From positions 992,001 to 1,056,000 of the forward strand of contig OZ244621.1 of NCBI GenBank assembly GCA_965218425.1: DNA of 64,000 nucleotides, written 5' to 3'. Under the pieces are notes generated by a model. The model worked only from the letters and a program-made list of their open reading frames with translations, searched no databases and was not told where the DNA came from. This document shows, piece by piece, positions 9,664 through 20,432 of this stretch. Origin of the DNA: an uncultured Candidatus Binatia bacterium. GTDB taxonomy: Bacteria > Desulfobacterota > Binatia > UBA9968 > CAXXLF01. Position 1 is the stretch's first letter; each line of letters begins with the position of its first letter. A program made the translations under genes and the position numbers.

Positions 9664-10755
9664 TTAAAGTCGGTAGAGTCGAGCGGCGTTGTGGCTCAGA
9701 ATCTTCTGCTGCAGCTTTGGATCAAGATCCGTTCGACCGTGGAGTTCTCCAACCATGTTTTCCGTCCGCGACGGGTCTTCATGGGGGTAGTCTGAGGCGA
9801 TAATGAGCTGATCCTCGCCGATTAGATTGAATAGATAGCCAATGTCCTCATCCGACTCTATGGATATAAAGATGTTACCTGTTTCCAGGTACTCCCTCGG
9901 GTTTTTCTTGCAGGGTAACCGTCGGTCACGCCAGGAGCGTTCCAGTTGACGAACGGCATAGGGAAGCCATTCCGACCCCGCCTCGAGAAAACCCAGGCGC
10001 AAAGCGGGAAACTCGTCTAAGACTCCCTGAGAGACGAGGCTGTAAAACCCCATCATCACCGGAAGCGCGGCCGCCGAGAAACTGGAGTTTTCAAGGGTTT
10101 GAAATAGATCCGTCAAACCTGGGCCCGCCCATCCGAAATGGACACAGACCGGGATATCCAGACGGCTTGCCTCTTCATAGAAGGGAAACAAACGCCTGTT
10201 ACCGAGCTCGGTGTCCCAAACCACTCCAAGGGTCATTACTGCCACCGCACCCATCTCCTTGGCTCGACGAACCTCGCGCACCGACTCATCTACGTCCCGA
10301 AGGGGAACCACCGCGCTGAACCGCAGGCGCTCCTTTGCTTTCCCGCAAGCCTGCGCCATCCAGCTGTTGTAGCTACGGCATAAGGCGGCCTCCAGAGCCA
10401 CATCATCGGTCAATGCCACAAGGAACAGAGTCGGAAAGATGACCTGGCAATCGATGCCAAGCTTATCCATGTCCTTAAGGCGGGCAGGGACATCGGTTAA
10501 GGTTTGAGCTCCGATGGTCATGGGTTTCGCCAAGGCGCTTTCAGAAATGGTGGGAGTCCCGAAGATATGTAACTGTCGACCGGCAAGCTTGGGAAAAACC
10601 TTGCCCTCGATGAGCCAAAAGGCGTTATGCCGGCCGTAGAGGGTATCCTTGTCGATTTTTACCGGAATGGGTCGCTGCAGATGGAACTCTTCACCCAGGA
10701 ATTTCCAGGTATCGGTGCATTCGTACACATGTGCATCCGCGTCGATAACTTTCAT
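9664..10755 (-). CDS. Amidohydrolase_2 family protein
   Basis: IDADAH, VCVHFG, LEAGSEW and ASDYPH motifs. Confidence 0.92.
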   Translation of the reverse strand: MKVIDADAHVYECTDTWKFLGEEFHLQRPIPVKIDKDTLYGRHNAFWLIEGKVFPKLAGRQLHIFGTPTISESALAKPMTIGAQTLTDVPARLKDMDKLGIDCQVIFPTLFLVALTDDVALEAALCRSYNSWMAQACGKAKERLRFSAVVPLRDVDESVREVRRAKEMGAVAVMTLGVVWDTELGNRRLFPFYEEASRLDIPVCVHFGWAGPGLTDLFQTLENSSFSAAALPVMMGFYSLVSQGVLDEFPALRLGFLEAGSEWLPYAVRQLERSWRDRRLPCKKNPREYLETGNIFISIESDEDIGYLFNLIGEDQLIIASDYPHEDPSRTENMVGELHGRTDLDPKLQQKILSHNAARLYRL

Positions 10756-10766
10756 GATCCACGCGG

Positions 10767-11858
10767 TTAAAATCCGTAGAAGGCCTTTGCGTTGTCCCGG
10801 ACAATTTTGCTTTTGGCCGTGTCGCTCAAGTCCGGTCGATCCACAAAAACCTTCAAGGCCTGCACATTTGAGAATGGGTCGGTGTGTCCGAAGTCGGTGC
10901 CAATGATCAGATTGTCCTCTCCCGCATACTGCATAATGTAGGGCAAGTGGTCTTCATACTCACAGGCTACCCACACTCGCTTCCTGGTAAGCAGCTCGCT
11001 CACGGCCTTCTTGGCGTCTTTGGTATGATTATCCAGACGCACCACCCCTTCCAGTATCCACACAAGCCACTGGGCGCCGGCTTCGATGAATCCCACCCGG
11101 AGTCGCGGAAACAGATCCGGGACTTCGCTTCGCAGGTAGGAATGGCACGAAGCAACCGTGGGAACCCGAAATCTCCAAAACAAGCTATGCTTTACCAGCT
11201 CAGCATTTACGGGGTTGGCGTTGGCAATGTGAACCGTGATGGGGATGTCCAGCCGCTCAGCCTCTTCATAAATCGGATAAAAGTAAGGATCCGTCAAGTG
11301 GCGGTCTCCCTCCAGGGGTCGAAGGCAAATACCCACCGCACCGTTATTCTTACACCAGCGCACCTCTTGAATGGCTTCAGGGATACTCAGGGTTGGCGGC
11401 AAACAGGACCACCGTAGCCGGCCTTTTCCGTGTTCCCATGTCTTGCCCATCCATCGGTTGTAGCTCCGGCACAGCGCTATCTCAGCCTCTGGATTCTTGG
11501 TCACCTGCGATAACCAGAGGCTGTTATGCATTACCTGGATGTCAATGCCCACCTGATCCATATGCTGTATGCGTTCATCGGCTTTGGTCAGCTCCCGCGC
11601 CCCCCGGTCCGTGACCATGTCGCGGCCGGTTCGCTCTGTGAGCTCTATTAATTCCTGCGGGGTCCGCGTGGTGGGACGAAAACCGATGACCTTGTCTTGC
11701 AGTATCCAACACTGCTGGCCAGGCTCTTCGTCGGACTCCACAAGACGCGGCCGAAACCGCTCCTCGGAGGGCTCCAGGTATGCCCACGTGCTTTCGTTTT
11801 CAATAACGTGGGCATCTGAGTCGATCATCAGAACCGGTTCTCCATTAATCTTTAGCAT
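10767..11858 (-). CDS. Amidohydrolase_2 family protein (close paralog of 18636-19721)
   Basis: IDSDAH, ITVHIA, IEAGAQW and GTDFGH motifs. Confidence 0.92.
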   Translation of the reverse strand: MLKINGEPVLMIDSDAHVIENESTWAYLEPSEERFRPRLVESDEEPGQQCWILQDKVIGFRPTTRTPQELIELTERTGRDMVTDRGARELTKADERIQHMDQVGIDIQVMHNSLWLSQVTKNPEAEIALCRSYNRWMGKTWEHGKGRLRWSCLPPTLSIPEAIQEVRWCKNNGAVGICLRPLEGDRHLTDPYFYPIYEEAERLDIPITVHIANANPVNAELVKHSLFWRFRVPTVASCHSYLRSEVPDLFPRLRVGFIEAGAQWLVWILEGVVRLDNHTKDAKKAVSELLTRKRVWVACEYEDHLPYIMQYAGEDNLIIGTDFGHTDPFSNVQALKVFVDRPDLSDTAKSKIVRDNAKAFYGF

Positions 11859-12015
11859 AGGCCTCTCTCCTAACGGGTGTAGGTAATTTCATTAAAAATC
11901 ACTGCTTTTTTCGAAACACTACTCCACCGGTAGCGCCATGTCAATTGTGACCCGGCTAAAGTGCGAAAAGTGTGGTTCCATGAGCTATGGATCCGAGTCC
12001 TACCGACAGAATGAA

Positions 12016-12717
12016 ACTGCTATCGCGGGAGCTGCCGTCTCTTCGCGTTGACCCTGGGTTGAGGGGGCTTGCTTCGCTCCGCGGGACTCCCGCAGCGACC
12101 CATCGGGCATTCGCTCCTATGAACCTCCAAAGCTTCATGGCTCCTCGTGGAGCGAGCCTCCGGCCGCAGGCAATAAACCGGTGAATATCTGAAGCTGAAC
12201 GTTCGATGCCCACGGCCTTACGTCTCGCTCCCCAGCATCGCATTGCGGTTTTTGGGCCCAGGGGGCCTGCACCGAAGAGAGGGAGACGTCCGATACTGGT
12301 AGCTCTTGCCAATCTGGCATGTCAGATCAAATGACGGGGCCTCGAGGCACAGGCCCGTCGGCTCCCGCTGAGGGGCAGGCCCCCGAGCCCAGCAGTCCAC
12401 TCCCCCGCCAATATCGGCGGAGCGACCTTCCAAAGCTTACCTTCTCCTCGGAAAGCGAGTCCTCAGGCCGTGGGCAACAGGCTGGTGAATATCCAAGCTC
12501 TACGCTCGATGCCCACGCCCTTCATCCTCGCCCCCCTCGGAGCCAAGTGTGATATGGGTCAGACTATTGGGATATTTGACATCACCCGTCACGATCCACC
12601 GAACCCGGTCCCGAGCACATTGCCCCTCGGCAGCCTGAAGCGCCGGGGCGTAAGGGTGATTTTCGCGGTCCCGCCGAGGAACCGCTGAAGCGAAGGGACG
12701 GCAACTCCGGTAGCAGT
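12016..12717. repeat. Mosaic structured repeat with terminal inverted repeats (MITE/REP-cluster-like), copy 1
   Basis: TIRs 12027-12046 and 12690-12709 match at 17/20. 12161-12388 is the reverse complement homolog of 38712-38939. 12082-12155 is homologous to 39474-39530 (inverted) and 54224-54275 (direct). Confidence 0.8.
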
Positions 12718-12784
12718 CCGCCTCGCCAATTTTGACAGAACCACGGGGATCGGTTATCTATTTGGCCTGGCAAATCGTGAAAGG

Positions 12785-14242
12785 ATGGATAAGGCAATGA
12801 CGATCAGGATCGACGGCGGCACCGTGGTGGGCTGGTCCGGAGAGCACCACGAATTGATTCCCGACGGTAGCGTGTATATTGATGGCGACACCATCAGCAA
12901 TGTGGGCAAGGACCGTACCAAGCAGGCCGACAGGGTCATCGATGCCTCGGACAAACTCGTTTGCCCCGGTTTTATCAACCTTCATGTGCACTCGCAGCTC
13001 AACATCGGCGACTACCTCTTGACGGATGTGGGCAAGAAAGATTATATGACCGCCAACTACTTCGTTTTTGGCGCACCCGCAAAAGACAAGCCATCGCCAT
13101 TCACTCCCGAGGGGGTGGCCATCGGTCGAAAGTACGCCCTTTTCAGTGCCTTGAAAAACGGCTCAACCACCATCCTTGACCCGGGCAGCGGACCGGGAAA
13201 CTTCGACGACTACGTGGAGATCGTTGGATCCATCGGAGGGCGAGCGTTTTTCAGCCCCTCCTTTCGAAGTCACGACATCTTCACCGACGGCGCGGGACAC
13301 CATTCTTATGAAGCCCGCCCGGACGGGGGTCGCCCTGGCCTCCAGGCGACAGTGGACTTTATTCGCAAACACAACGGGGCTCACAATGGCCGGATGCTGG
13401 GCATTCTCAACCCCGGCCAGGCGGAGACCTGCGAGCCTTCGCTACTCAAGGAGACCGCCACGGCGGCAAAGGAACTTGGCGTCGGCGTTCACATACACGC
13501 GGGAGGCAACCTCCGCGAGGTGGTTTACATCCTGTATAACCACCGAAAGACGGTCCTCGAGTACCTGGCGGATGCCGGGATACTGCAACCCGAAACCATC
13601 CTTGGTCATTGCGTTCTCACCGCAGATCACTCGAGGTTGGAGCGTCCTTTCACCGATGAGTTGAAGATGCTGTCCGAGTCCGGCGCTTCGGTAGGTCACT
13701 GTGCTTACAAATATGCGAAGATGGCGCTGGCCATGGAGTCGTTCGACCGCTTCCTGGATGCCGGCATCAACGTGGGCCTTGGAACCGACACCTATCCACT
13801 GGACATCGTCTCGGAGCTGCGTTATGCCTCGGTCATCTCCCGATTGGTGGACAAAAAATACAACGGCGCACCGCCAGCGAGGGTATTCAATGCCGCCACC
13901 GTCTGGGGCGCTAACGCCCTGGGGAGAGACGACCTGGGCCGGCTTGCACCCGGTGCGAAGGCGGATATCACCATTATTAATCAACGTTCCACCCGCTACG
14001 GACCCGTTCGAGATCCCATCACGGCACTGGTGGAGTATGGATGCGGCGCCGACGTGGAGACGGTGCTGGTCAACGGAGACGTGGTAATTGATGGAGGACA
14101 TTCCTCGAAAATTGATGAAGAGGACCTTTACGGCCGGGCAAACGCAGCCGCGAACCGAGCATGGGATAACTGGTCCAAGCGGGACTGGGCGGGAAGGTCA
14201 GTCGAAGAAATCATCCCTCCAGCCTTCCCCACTCGGTCCTGA
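12785..14242 (+). CDS. Amidohydrolase_1 family protein (chlorohydrolase/deaminase-like)
   Basis: PGFINLHVH, VHIHAG, LGTDTYP and GRLAPGAKAD motifs. Confidence 0.9.
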   Translation: MDKAMTIRIDGGTVVGWSGEHHELIPDGSVYIDGDTISNVGKDRTKQADRVIDASDKLVCPGFINLHVHSQLNIGDYLLTDVGKKDYMTANYFVFGAPAKDKPSPFTPEGVAIGRKYALFSALKNGSTTILDPGSGPGNFDDYVEIVGSIGGRAFFSPSFRSHDIFTDGAGHHSYEARPDGGRPGLQATVDFIRKHNGAHNGRMLGILNPGQAETCEPSLLKETATAAKELGVGVHIHAGGNLREVVYILYNHRKTVLEYLADAGILQPETILGHCVLTADHSRLERPFTDELKMLSESGASVGHCAYKYAKMALAMESFDRFLDAGINVGLGTDTYPLDIVSELRYASVISRLVDKKYNGAPPARVFNAATVWGANALGRDDLGRLAPGAKADITIINQRSTRYGPVRDPITALVEYGCGADVETVLVNGDVVIDGGHSSKIDEEDLYGRANAAANRAWDNWSKRDWAGRSVEEIIPPAFPTRS

Positions 14243-14437
14243 CCCCGATCCGGCATTAACGGGTCCGAGAAATCCACGTCAGTGCCCATCAGATGGTGCT
14301 TCAGGGCTGATCGTGCCATAAATCGATAACACACCTTTGGTGAAATTACTGACCTGCAATCCAAATGTCATCGACCGTTGAAACAACCGGCCCATGTTCG
14401 CACACCACTCGTCATTTTTGTCGGACCGGGGCTGACC

Positions 14438-15313
14438 GTGATTGATTTAAGAGCGCTGTCTCCTGTCATACCGGTCTTTGCGTTGATTGGGATCGGTTTT
14501 GTTTTTGCCCATTGGAAAAAGATCTCCCTCGAATCCATCACCGAGTTCATCGTTTTTCTGGCAAGCCCATCCCTGGTCTTTGCCTCCCTATCATCCAAGC
14601 CACTCATGGCTACGGACCTTTTGGTGCTTTTTGCCGGCATTATCGGGTTCATGAGCGGGGTAGGGGTCCTGATCACGATCTATTCTTTTGTGTTCCGCTT
14701 CCATTCCCGGGGTTTCATACTCCCCGCCCTTTTCATCAACGCCGGAAATATGGGCATCCCATTGGCCCTCTTTGCCTTCGGTGAGCCGGGACTACAGCGA
14801 GCCTCCATTTGTTTCGTCATCATGTCCACTCTCCAAAACTCACTGGGAATCTACCTCGTGAGCGGCGACCGTGGTTGGAGGGAAATATTTCGGCTCCCCT
14901 TGATTTACGCCACCGCGCTGGGACTATTCGTCAACATCAACCAGATCCAGATCCCCTGGACCATCCTCGAGCCCATCCGGCTGTTGGGCTTTTCCACCAT
15001 ACCACTGATGCTCGTGAGCCTGGGCTACCGGCTGAGCAACTTGAAGTCCATCACCTGGGGGCATTCCGTGGCAGGGGCGCTCATTCGCATCTTTGGGGGC
15101 TTCGCCTCCGCCTATCTTACCGTTACTCTGCTCGGCATAGAGGGTGTAAACCGCCAGGTGATTCTGCTATACGGAGCCCTCCCCTCGGCCGTGGTTAATT
15201 TCGTGCTCACGGAAAAATACCGCCAGGACCCGGAGCTCGCAGCTTCCATAGTCGTGATCACCACCCTGCTCTCCCTGTTTACTATCCCGATCGTCCTTTC
15301 GCTGATCCTATAA
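14438..15313 (+). CDS. AEC (auxin efflux carrier) family transporter
   Basis: NAGNMGIPL, PLIYA, IPLMLVSLG and LPSAV motifs; GTG start chosen within the ORF that opens at 14378. Confidence 0.88.
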   Translation: MIDLRALSPVIPVFALIGIGFVFAHWKKISLESITEFIVFLASPSLVFASLSSKPLMATDLLVLFAGIIGFMSGVGVLITIYSFVFRFHSRGFILPALFINAGNMGIPLALFAFGEPGLQRASICFVIMSTLQNSLGIYLVSGDRGWREIFRLPLIYATALGLFVNINQIQIPWTILEPIRLLGFSTIPLMLVSLGYRLSNLKSITWGHSVAGALIRIFGGFASAYLTVTLLGIEGVNRQVILLYGALPSAVVNFVLTEKYRQDPELAASIVVITTLLSLFTIPIVLSLIL

Positions 15314-15391
15314 TGTGGACACTTTCATGAGTCGTTGATAAAAACCCGTTAGCCGCAAACAAGGAACACACACTTTTTGGAGGAACGAACC

Positions 15392-16282
15392 ATGGACGGC
15401 GCACGATTTATCGATGTTAATGGAATTCGGACCCGCTATTTCGATAAGGGAAGCGGCGAAGTGGTAGTCCTTTTTCACGGCAGCCACTTTGGCACCATGG
15501 ACGCCTGTGACAGCGCCATGGACTGGGAAACGAACTTCGACCGGCTGGCCGAATGGTTTCGCGTCATCGCCGTCGACAAGCTGGGCCAAGGCCACACGGA
15601 CAATCCCAAGCGCGACGAGGACTATACACCCGCAGCTGTGGTGCGACATGCCTATGAGTTTTTACGGCAATTGGGGTTGGAAAAGGTGCATGTGGTGGGC
15701 CATTCACGCGGGGGTTATCTGGCGGGGCGCCTGACTCTCGAGCATCCGGAGATCATCGGATCCTCTATCATCGTCGACAGCGGCACCCTGGCACCGGGTC
15801 CTCCCAACACCCAGTTGATTATGGCCAATGCGCCGAACCCACGGCTCACGCGGGAGAGCCAGCGCTGGGTCATCGAGCACTACTCCCATAGTAATGATCA
15901 CATCACCGACACGCTGTTGAACGGCGCCGTTGAGATCGCGAATCTACCCAAGTACCGGGAAGCGGTAAAAAAGATGGAGGACCAGGGCCTCAAGAGGAAC
16001 CTCTTTCTACCGCGGTTGACCCTGGACAAAGAGGAGACTTTAAACTGGATCCTGCAGGGCCGTCTCAAGACACCCACCCTTTTGGTTTGGGGCAATAACG
16101 ACCCCACTGCGTCCTTGCGGCGCGGTCAAGCCCTCTATGAACTCATTGCTGACAGCGCGCCCGTTGCCGAGATGCACGTCATCAACAAGGCCGGTCATTT
16201 CTGTTATCGGGAACAGCCTGAAACTTTCAATCAAGTCATCCGGGGCTTTGTGGAGAAGTGTCGTCTCGCTTCCCGTGCATAA
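15392..16282 (+). CDS. Alpha/beta hydrolase (C-C hydrolase-like)
   Basis: GHSRGG nucleophile elbow, WGNND and AGHF; GGAGG RBS. Confidence 0.88.
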   Translation: MDGARFIDVNGIRTRYFDKGSGEVVVLFHGSHFGTMDACDSAMDWETNFDRLAEWFRVIAVDKLGQGHTDNPKRDEDYTPAAVVRHAYEFLRQLGLEKVHVVGHSRGGYLAGRLTLEHPEIIGSSIIVDSGTLAPGPPNTQLIMANAPNPRLTRESQRWVIEHYSHSNDHITDTLLNGAVEIANLPKYREAVKKMEDQGLKRNLFLPRLTLDKEETLNWILQGRLKTPTLLVWGNNDPTASLRRGQALYELIADSAPVAEMHVINKAGHFCYREQPETFNQVIRGFVEKCRLASRA

Positions 16283-16316
16283 CCAAGACACGACCCGGAG
16301 AGGACTTCCCCGGACC

Positions 16317-17339
16317 TTACCGATCTTTGAAGCGTGAGAAAATTCGGCGCGCGTTCCCTTCGTAGATCTGCCGGCGATGGTCGCCGGTCAACCAGTCAAT
16401 GCCGTCGATTACGAACTTCAGGTCGTCCATGGAACGGCCTGTCTCAGGGTCATTCGCCGTTCCTGTGCCCGGCCGTTCCGAGCCGAAGAGGCAATTCCGT
16501 GCGCCCGCCACTTTAAAGAGTAACTCGAGCCCTTCCTTGGAATAGAGCGCGGTATCAAAATAAAGCCGCCTGAGGCTTTCCTCGAAGCGCTCATCCAGGG
16601 CCCTGCGGCCGCTGCGATCGTAAAAGGCTCGAAAACGACCCAACTGATACGGGATGGCTCCACCACCGTGGCAAACGATCAACTTTAGATCTGGAAAATC
16701 AAGAAACACGCGCGACTCGAGCAAAGAGATAATTGCAATGCTCTCTTCGTTGATGAAATGCAGTGTATAGGGCTCACGTGGATTGCAGTACTGGGTGGAG
16801 TGAATCAGCGCCGGCACATCCAATTGAACGAGTTTCTCGTAGAGGGGATACCAATACTCATCGCCGAGGCCCGGAGGCGCCGGATAAAAGCCTTCCCCCG
16901 GGTCGGGGTTCAACAGACATCCGACGAAATCGAGCTCCGTAACGCAGCGCTCTAGCTCACTCACCCAGCTTTTTGGACTGGTCATGGGATTTTGCGGCAA
17001 ACCAGCCACGCCTCGAAAAAGACCCGGGTGCAGCTTGCACTGGCGGTGGATAACGTTGTTGACCTCTTCGATATACCAGCGGCCTATCCTCTCCGGCTGT
17101 TCGTGATGAGCCATGGAAATGGGCCTTGGGGAGAGGAACTGGATGTCAGTGCCGACTTCACGGACCTGATCAATGAGCGACTTTCCACGGAACGAGGGTT
17201 TGTTCAAAGGCTCATCGATTTCCTCATCGGAAAGCTTCAATGCACCCCGCCCATGGCTTCCTCTGAAGTTAAGATGACCCAGCCAGAAGGACTGAAGCTT
17301 GCTGGGGGCAAGATTGTGGCCGTGGACGTCAATGATCAT
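16317..17339 (-). CDS. ligJ: 4-oxalomesaconate hydratase-like amidohydrolase
   Basis: MIIDVHGH, LSPRP, LNPDP, HFINEES, HGGGAIPYQ and FGSERPG are typical of LigJ-like proteins. Confidence 0.7.
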   Translation of the reverse strand: MIIDVHGHNLAPSKLQSFWLGHLNFRGSHGRGALKLSDEEIDEPLNKPSFRGKSLIDQVREVGTDIQFLSPRPISMAHHEQPERIGRWYIEEVNNVIHRQCKLHPGLFRGVAGLPQNPMTSPKSWVSELERCVTELDFVGCLLNPDPGEGFYPAPPGLGDEYWYPLYEKLVQLDVPALIHSTQYCNPREPYTLHFINEESIAIISLLESRVFLDFPDLKLIVCHGGGAIPYQLGRFRAFYDRSGRRALDERFEESLRRLYFDTALYSKEGLELLFKVAGARNCLFGSERPGTGTANDPETGRSMDDLKFVIDGIDWLTGDHRRQIYEGNARRIFSRFKDR

Positions 17340-17425
17340 AGGAAACCTTCCGATGAGAAACGCAATTGCAGGGAGCGCAGAGGCCTGATTAATTCAGACC
17401 TCTGTACCAAAACTTAGAAAATGAT

Positions 17426-18526
17426 CTACGCAGCAGGTGCCGCGAGATTGCGGTAATGGTGCGATTTGGATACCGGCCCGATCCCCTGAATCAGTTTTTG
17501 CCAACGCTGCCCCTCATCGGTGCCGCAAAACACCTCACCATCCGTGGTGCCCGCAAACAGGGCAAATCCTCCGTTCCACACGTCCATGGCCATGGCCTCT
17601 ACGTTGCCACGGATATGCTCGGGCAGTCCCTCGCCTAAGACCTCCCAGCTATCGCCTCCGTCCTTGCTTCGGGCAATACGCGAATCAGCGGTGTGTGACT
17701 CCCTCCAGCTTCTGGGACCGGTCTTGGCGCCTGCGGTAAACAGGAGGCTACTGTTGTCTGGATGCACAAGGATTGGGTCCACATATCCAATCCTGAAATC
17801 CCTTGGCGTAAGGCTCTTCCAACTCTCACCGGCATTTTGACTGACACAGACCCCGGCAGTCACTGTCTCATCACAATTGGTGGTTGGCATGACCAGGTAA
17901 ACCTTTTTCGGGTCGGCAAGAGGGATCAGCACCCGGTGCGCGTCCGGATTCAGCCCGCAAGCCGTTGTCCAAGTCTTCCCTCCGTCCGTGCTTTTAAGGA
18001 CCCCACCCACCTCGACCGCGGCAAAGATCGTATCTGGATTAGTGGGATCAAAGGTTATGTCTTTCACGTGGGCCAGGTGAGGCTCACCGGGGAAGGTCCA
18101 CTTCTCCACACCAGGCACCTGACGCAAACCCGGGAGTTCGGTCCAGCTTTGACCCAGATCATCGCTGTAAAAGAGATGCGCCGGTTCGGTTCCGGCATAA
18201 AGCCTCGGACGCCCTCCCACTTGCTGAAATGCCAACGAGTAGATCTCCCGGTCTCCGATTCCTTTGTCCCTCCTCGCCCAATTCTTACCCAGGTCTTTAC
18301 TGGCATAGATGGAACGTCCGTAGGTACCCGCAAAGAGCGTCTCGCTGGCGGGTTCAAAGATAAGAGCGCTGATATGCTCTTCAGGTAAAGACGTCTGCTG
18401 CGAGCCCCAGGAATCGTTTTGGCGTGAGCAGGAAACTACCCCGTGGGCCGTGCCCACAAACAGCCGATCACTGGGTGACTCGCCCACCGTCATGGTTTGA
18501 CCTCCGGGCGATAAACAAATAGGCAT
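17426..18526 (-). CDS. BNR/Asp-box beta-propeller protein
   Basis: Repeated SxDxGxxW Asp boxes. Confidence 0.85.
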   Translation of the reverse strand: MPICLSPGGQTMTVGESPSDRLFVGTAHGVVSCSRQNDSWGSQQTSLPEEHISALIFEPASETLFAGTYGRSIYASKDLGKNWARRDKGIGDREIYSLAFQQVGGRPRLYAGTEPAHLFYSDDLGQSWTELPGLRQVPGVEKWTFPGEPHLAHVKDITFDPTNPDTIFAAVEVGGVLKSTDGGKTWTTACGLNPDAHRVLIPLADPKKVYLVMPTTNCDETVTAGVCVSQNAGESWKSLTPRDFRIGYVDPILVHPDNSSLLFTAGAKTGPRSWRESHTADSRIARSKDGGDSWEVLGEGLPEHIRGNVEAMAMDVWNGGFALFAGTTDGEVFCGTDEGQRWQKLIQGIGPVSKSHHYRNLAAPAA

Positions 18527-18635
18527 GGCACTACCTCCTTTCGTCTTCTTCGCTAGGGAAGGCTCCTTAAGGCCCTCGCTGGGGAGTTATATATTGGAAA
18601 GACCAAGAACTGTCAATTCTTCAAAAAAAGGAACT

Positions 18636-19721
18636 TCACGATAAACCGTAAAATGCCTGGGCGTTATCCTTGATGATCTTTTTTTTGACGCCATCGCTGA
18701 GGTCTGACCGACCCACAAACGTTTGCAGCGCGCGCACGTTGGAAAATGGGTCGGTATGCCCATAGTCCGTGCCAATGATCAGATTATCCTCGCCTGCGTG
18801 CTGCATAATGTAGGGTAGATGATCCTCGTACTCGCAGGTGACCCATACCCGTTTCATGGCTAATAACTCGGGCATCGAGCTCTTGGGAGTATTTGGACCA
18901 CGAATTACCCCTTCTAGAATCCAGACGAGCCACTGGGCACCGGCCTCGATGAAACCCACCTTAAGACGAGGAAACAGATCAGGGACTTCGCTCCGCATAT
19001 AAGAAAGGCATGCACCCACAGTGGGGAGCCTGAACGTCCAGAACAGGCTATGTTTTAGCAGTTCAACGTTAGTGGGATTACCATTGGCAATATGCACCGT
19101 TATGGGCATGTCCAGCCTCTGGGCCTCCTCGTAGAGCGGATAGAAGTAGGAATCCACCAGGTGATGGTCTCCCTCTATCGGTCGAAGGCAAATTCCTACT
19201 GCACCATGCTGTTTACACCAACGCACTTCTTCGATGGCGTCTGGGATACTGAGCGTGGGCGGCAAACAGCTCCAAAGCAATCGCCCTTTACCCCGTTTCC
19301 AGGTATCCGCAAGCCAATGATTGTAGCTTCGGCAAAGAGCTATTTCTGCTTCCGGGCGGCGGGTCACCTGTTCTATCCAAAGAGTGTTGTGGAGCACCTG
19401 GATGTCAATTCCGACCTGATCCATATGCTCCAACCGCAGATCGACCCTTGCCATCTCACGCGCCTCCGCGACGGTGTTCATGTCACGGCCCGTTCGCCGA
19501 GACAGTTCTTCCAACTCCTGTGCTGTCATACTCGGAAACCGAAAGCCCACCACTTTGTCGTGTAATATCCAATACTGTCGCCCGGGATCCTTTTCGGAGC
19601 CCACTAACTTTGGGCGGTATTGTTGCTCGGAAGGCTCCATATAGGACCATGTGTCTTCCGTCTCGATGACATGGGCATCGGAATCTATGGTCAGAACTTG
19701 TTCACCATCAATGGTCAGCAT
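18636..19721 (-). CDS. Amidohydrolase_2 family protein
   Basis: IDSDAH, ITVHIA, IEAGAQW and GTDYGH motifs. Confidence 0.92.
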   Translation of the reverse strand: MLTIDGEQVLTIDSDAHVIETEDTWSYMEPSEQQYRPKLVGSEKDPGRQYWILHDKVVGFRFPSMTAQELEELSRRTGRDMNTVAEAREMARVDLRLEHMDQVGIDIQVLHNTLWIEQVTRRPEAEIALCRSYNHWLADTWKRGKGRLLWSCLPPTLSIPDAIEEVRWCKQHGAVGICLRPIEGDHHLVDSYFYPLYEEAQRLDMPITVHIANGNPTNVELLKHSLFWTFRLPTVGACLSYMRSEVPDLFPRLKVGFIEAGAQWLVWILEGVIRGPNTPKSSMPELLAMKRVWVTCEYEDHLPYIMQHAGEDNLIIGTDYGHTDPFSNVRALQTFVGRSDLSDGVKKKIIKDNAQAFYGLS

Positions 19722-19949
19722 CGGTTTCCCTCCTAACCGGCGTCTCAGGCCTGAAGGTACTCAGGACAGGTTTGCTTAAGCGATGACACGCATTCCATAG
19801 GAATTGGAGACTAAAACAAATCAATCCGTGATCCTATAGGGACAGAGACTATTGGATAGGGGGTTTTATGTCAATCTGGTTTTTCGTCTGCACTCCCCAC
19901 GAGACGCTGCGAACGTCTCACACTACAAACCATCCCCCTGTAAAGTAGC

Positions 19950-19979
19950 TTGACATTAAAGGAACTGGCCATGTAACAT
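19950..19979 (+). promoter_or_regulatory. Candidate sigma70 promoter of the DoxX gene
   Basis: TTGACA-18 nt-TAACAT. Confidence 0.45.
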
Positions 19980-20012
19980 CCCTCAAATTTTTGGTTCCAG
20001 AAAGGGATTTCA

Positions 20013-20432
20013 ATGAGCGTCGAGTTATCCTTCTCTCTTTTGGTTCTGCGGCTGGGGCTTGCGGTGACCTTCTTTGCCCATGGTTCGCAACAGTTTCTCG
20101 GTTGGTACGGCGGTCGTGGTTTCAAATCAACGATCAATAACTGGAAGGAAAAATATCAGATACCCATCCCCATTGGCGCAATCGGTGTCTTGACCGAATT
20201 TTTCGGCAGCTTTGCCCTGCTGGCGGGATTCCTCGTGCGTCCAGTGGCCCTGGGATTGACCATTTTCATGGCGGTGGCTATCTGGAAGGCCCACTGGGGG
20301 AACGGTTTCTTCCTGGCCCGTGGTCCAGGACAAGGGAGTGGTATCGAGTTTTGCCTGGCGCTGCTGCTCATGTCCCTGGCACTGCTCATTGGAGGAAGTG
20401 GCGCCATATCCCTCGAATGGCTGCTGAGTTAG
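20013..20432 (+). CDS. DoxX family membrane protein
   Basis: LRLGLAVTFFAHG, EFFG...LLAG...R and GSGAISL motifs. Confidence 0.9.
   Translation: MSVELSFSLLVLRLGLAVTFFAHGSQQFLGWYGGRGFKSTINNWKEKYQIPIPIGAIGVLTEFFGSFALLAGFLVRPVALGLTIFMAVAIWKAHWGNGFFLARGPGQGSGIEFCLALLLMSLALLIGGSGAISLEWLLS

Noticed and set aside
11956..12312. ORFs 11956-12312(-) and 38787-39122(+) give similar peptides (SIGRLP.FGA...KAVGIER..SDIHR)
   Set aside because: Both are translations of the same repeat module. Differences fall often at codon positions 1 and 2, and the frames diverge beyond the module.
12016..12717. Group II intron, tRNA or known riboswitch identity for the structured repeat
   Set aside because: I could not recognise a domain V, a cloverleaf or an aptamer consensus. 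An Rfam scan is still needed.
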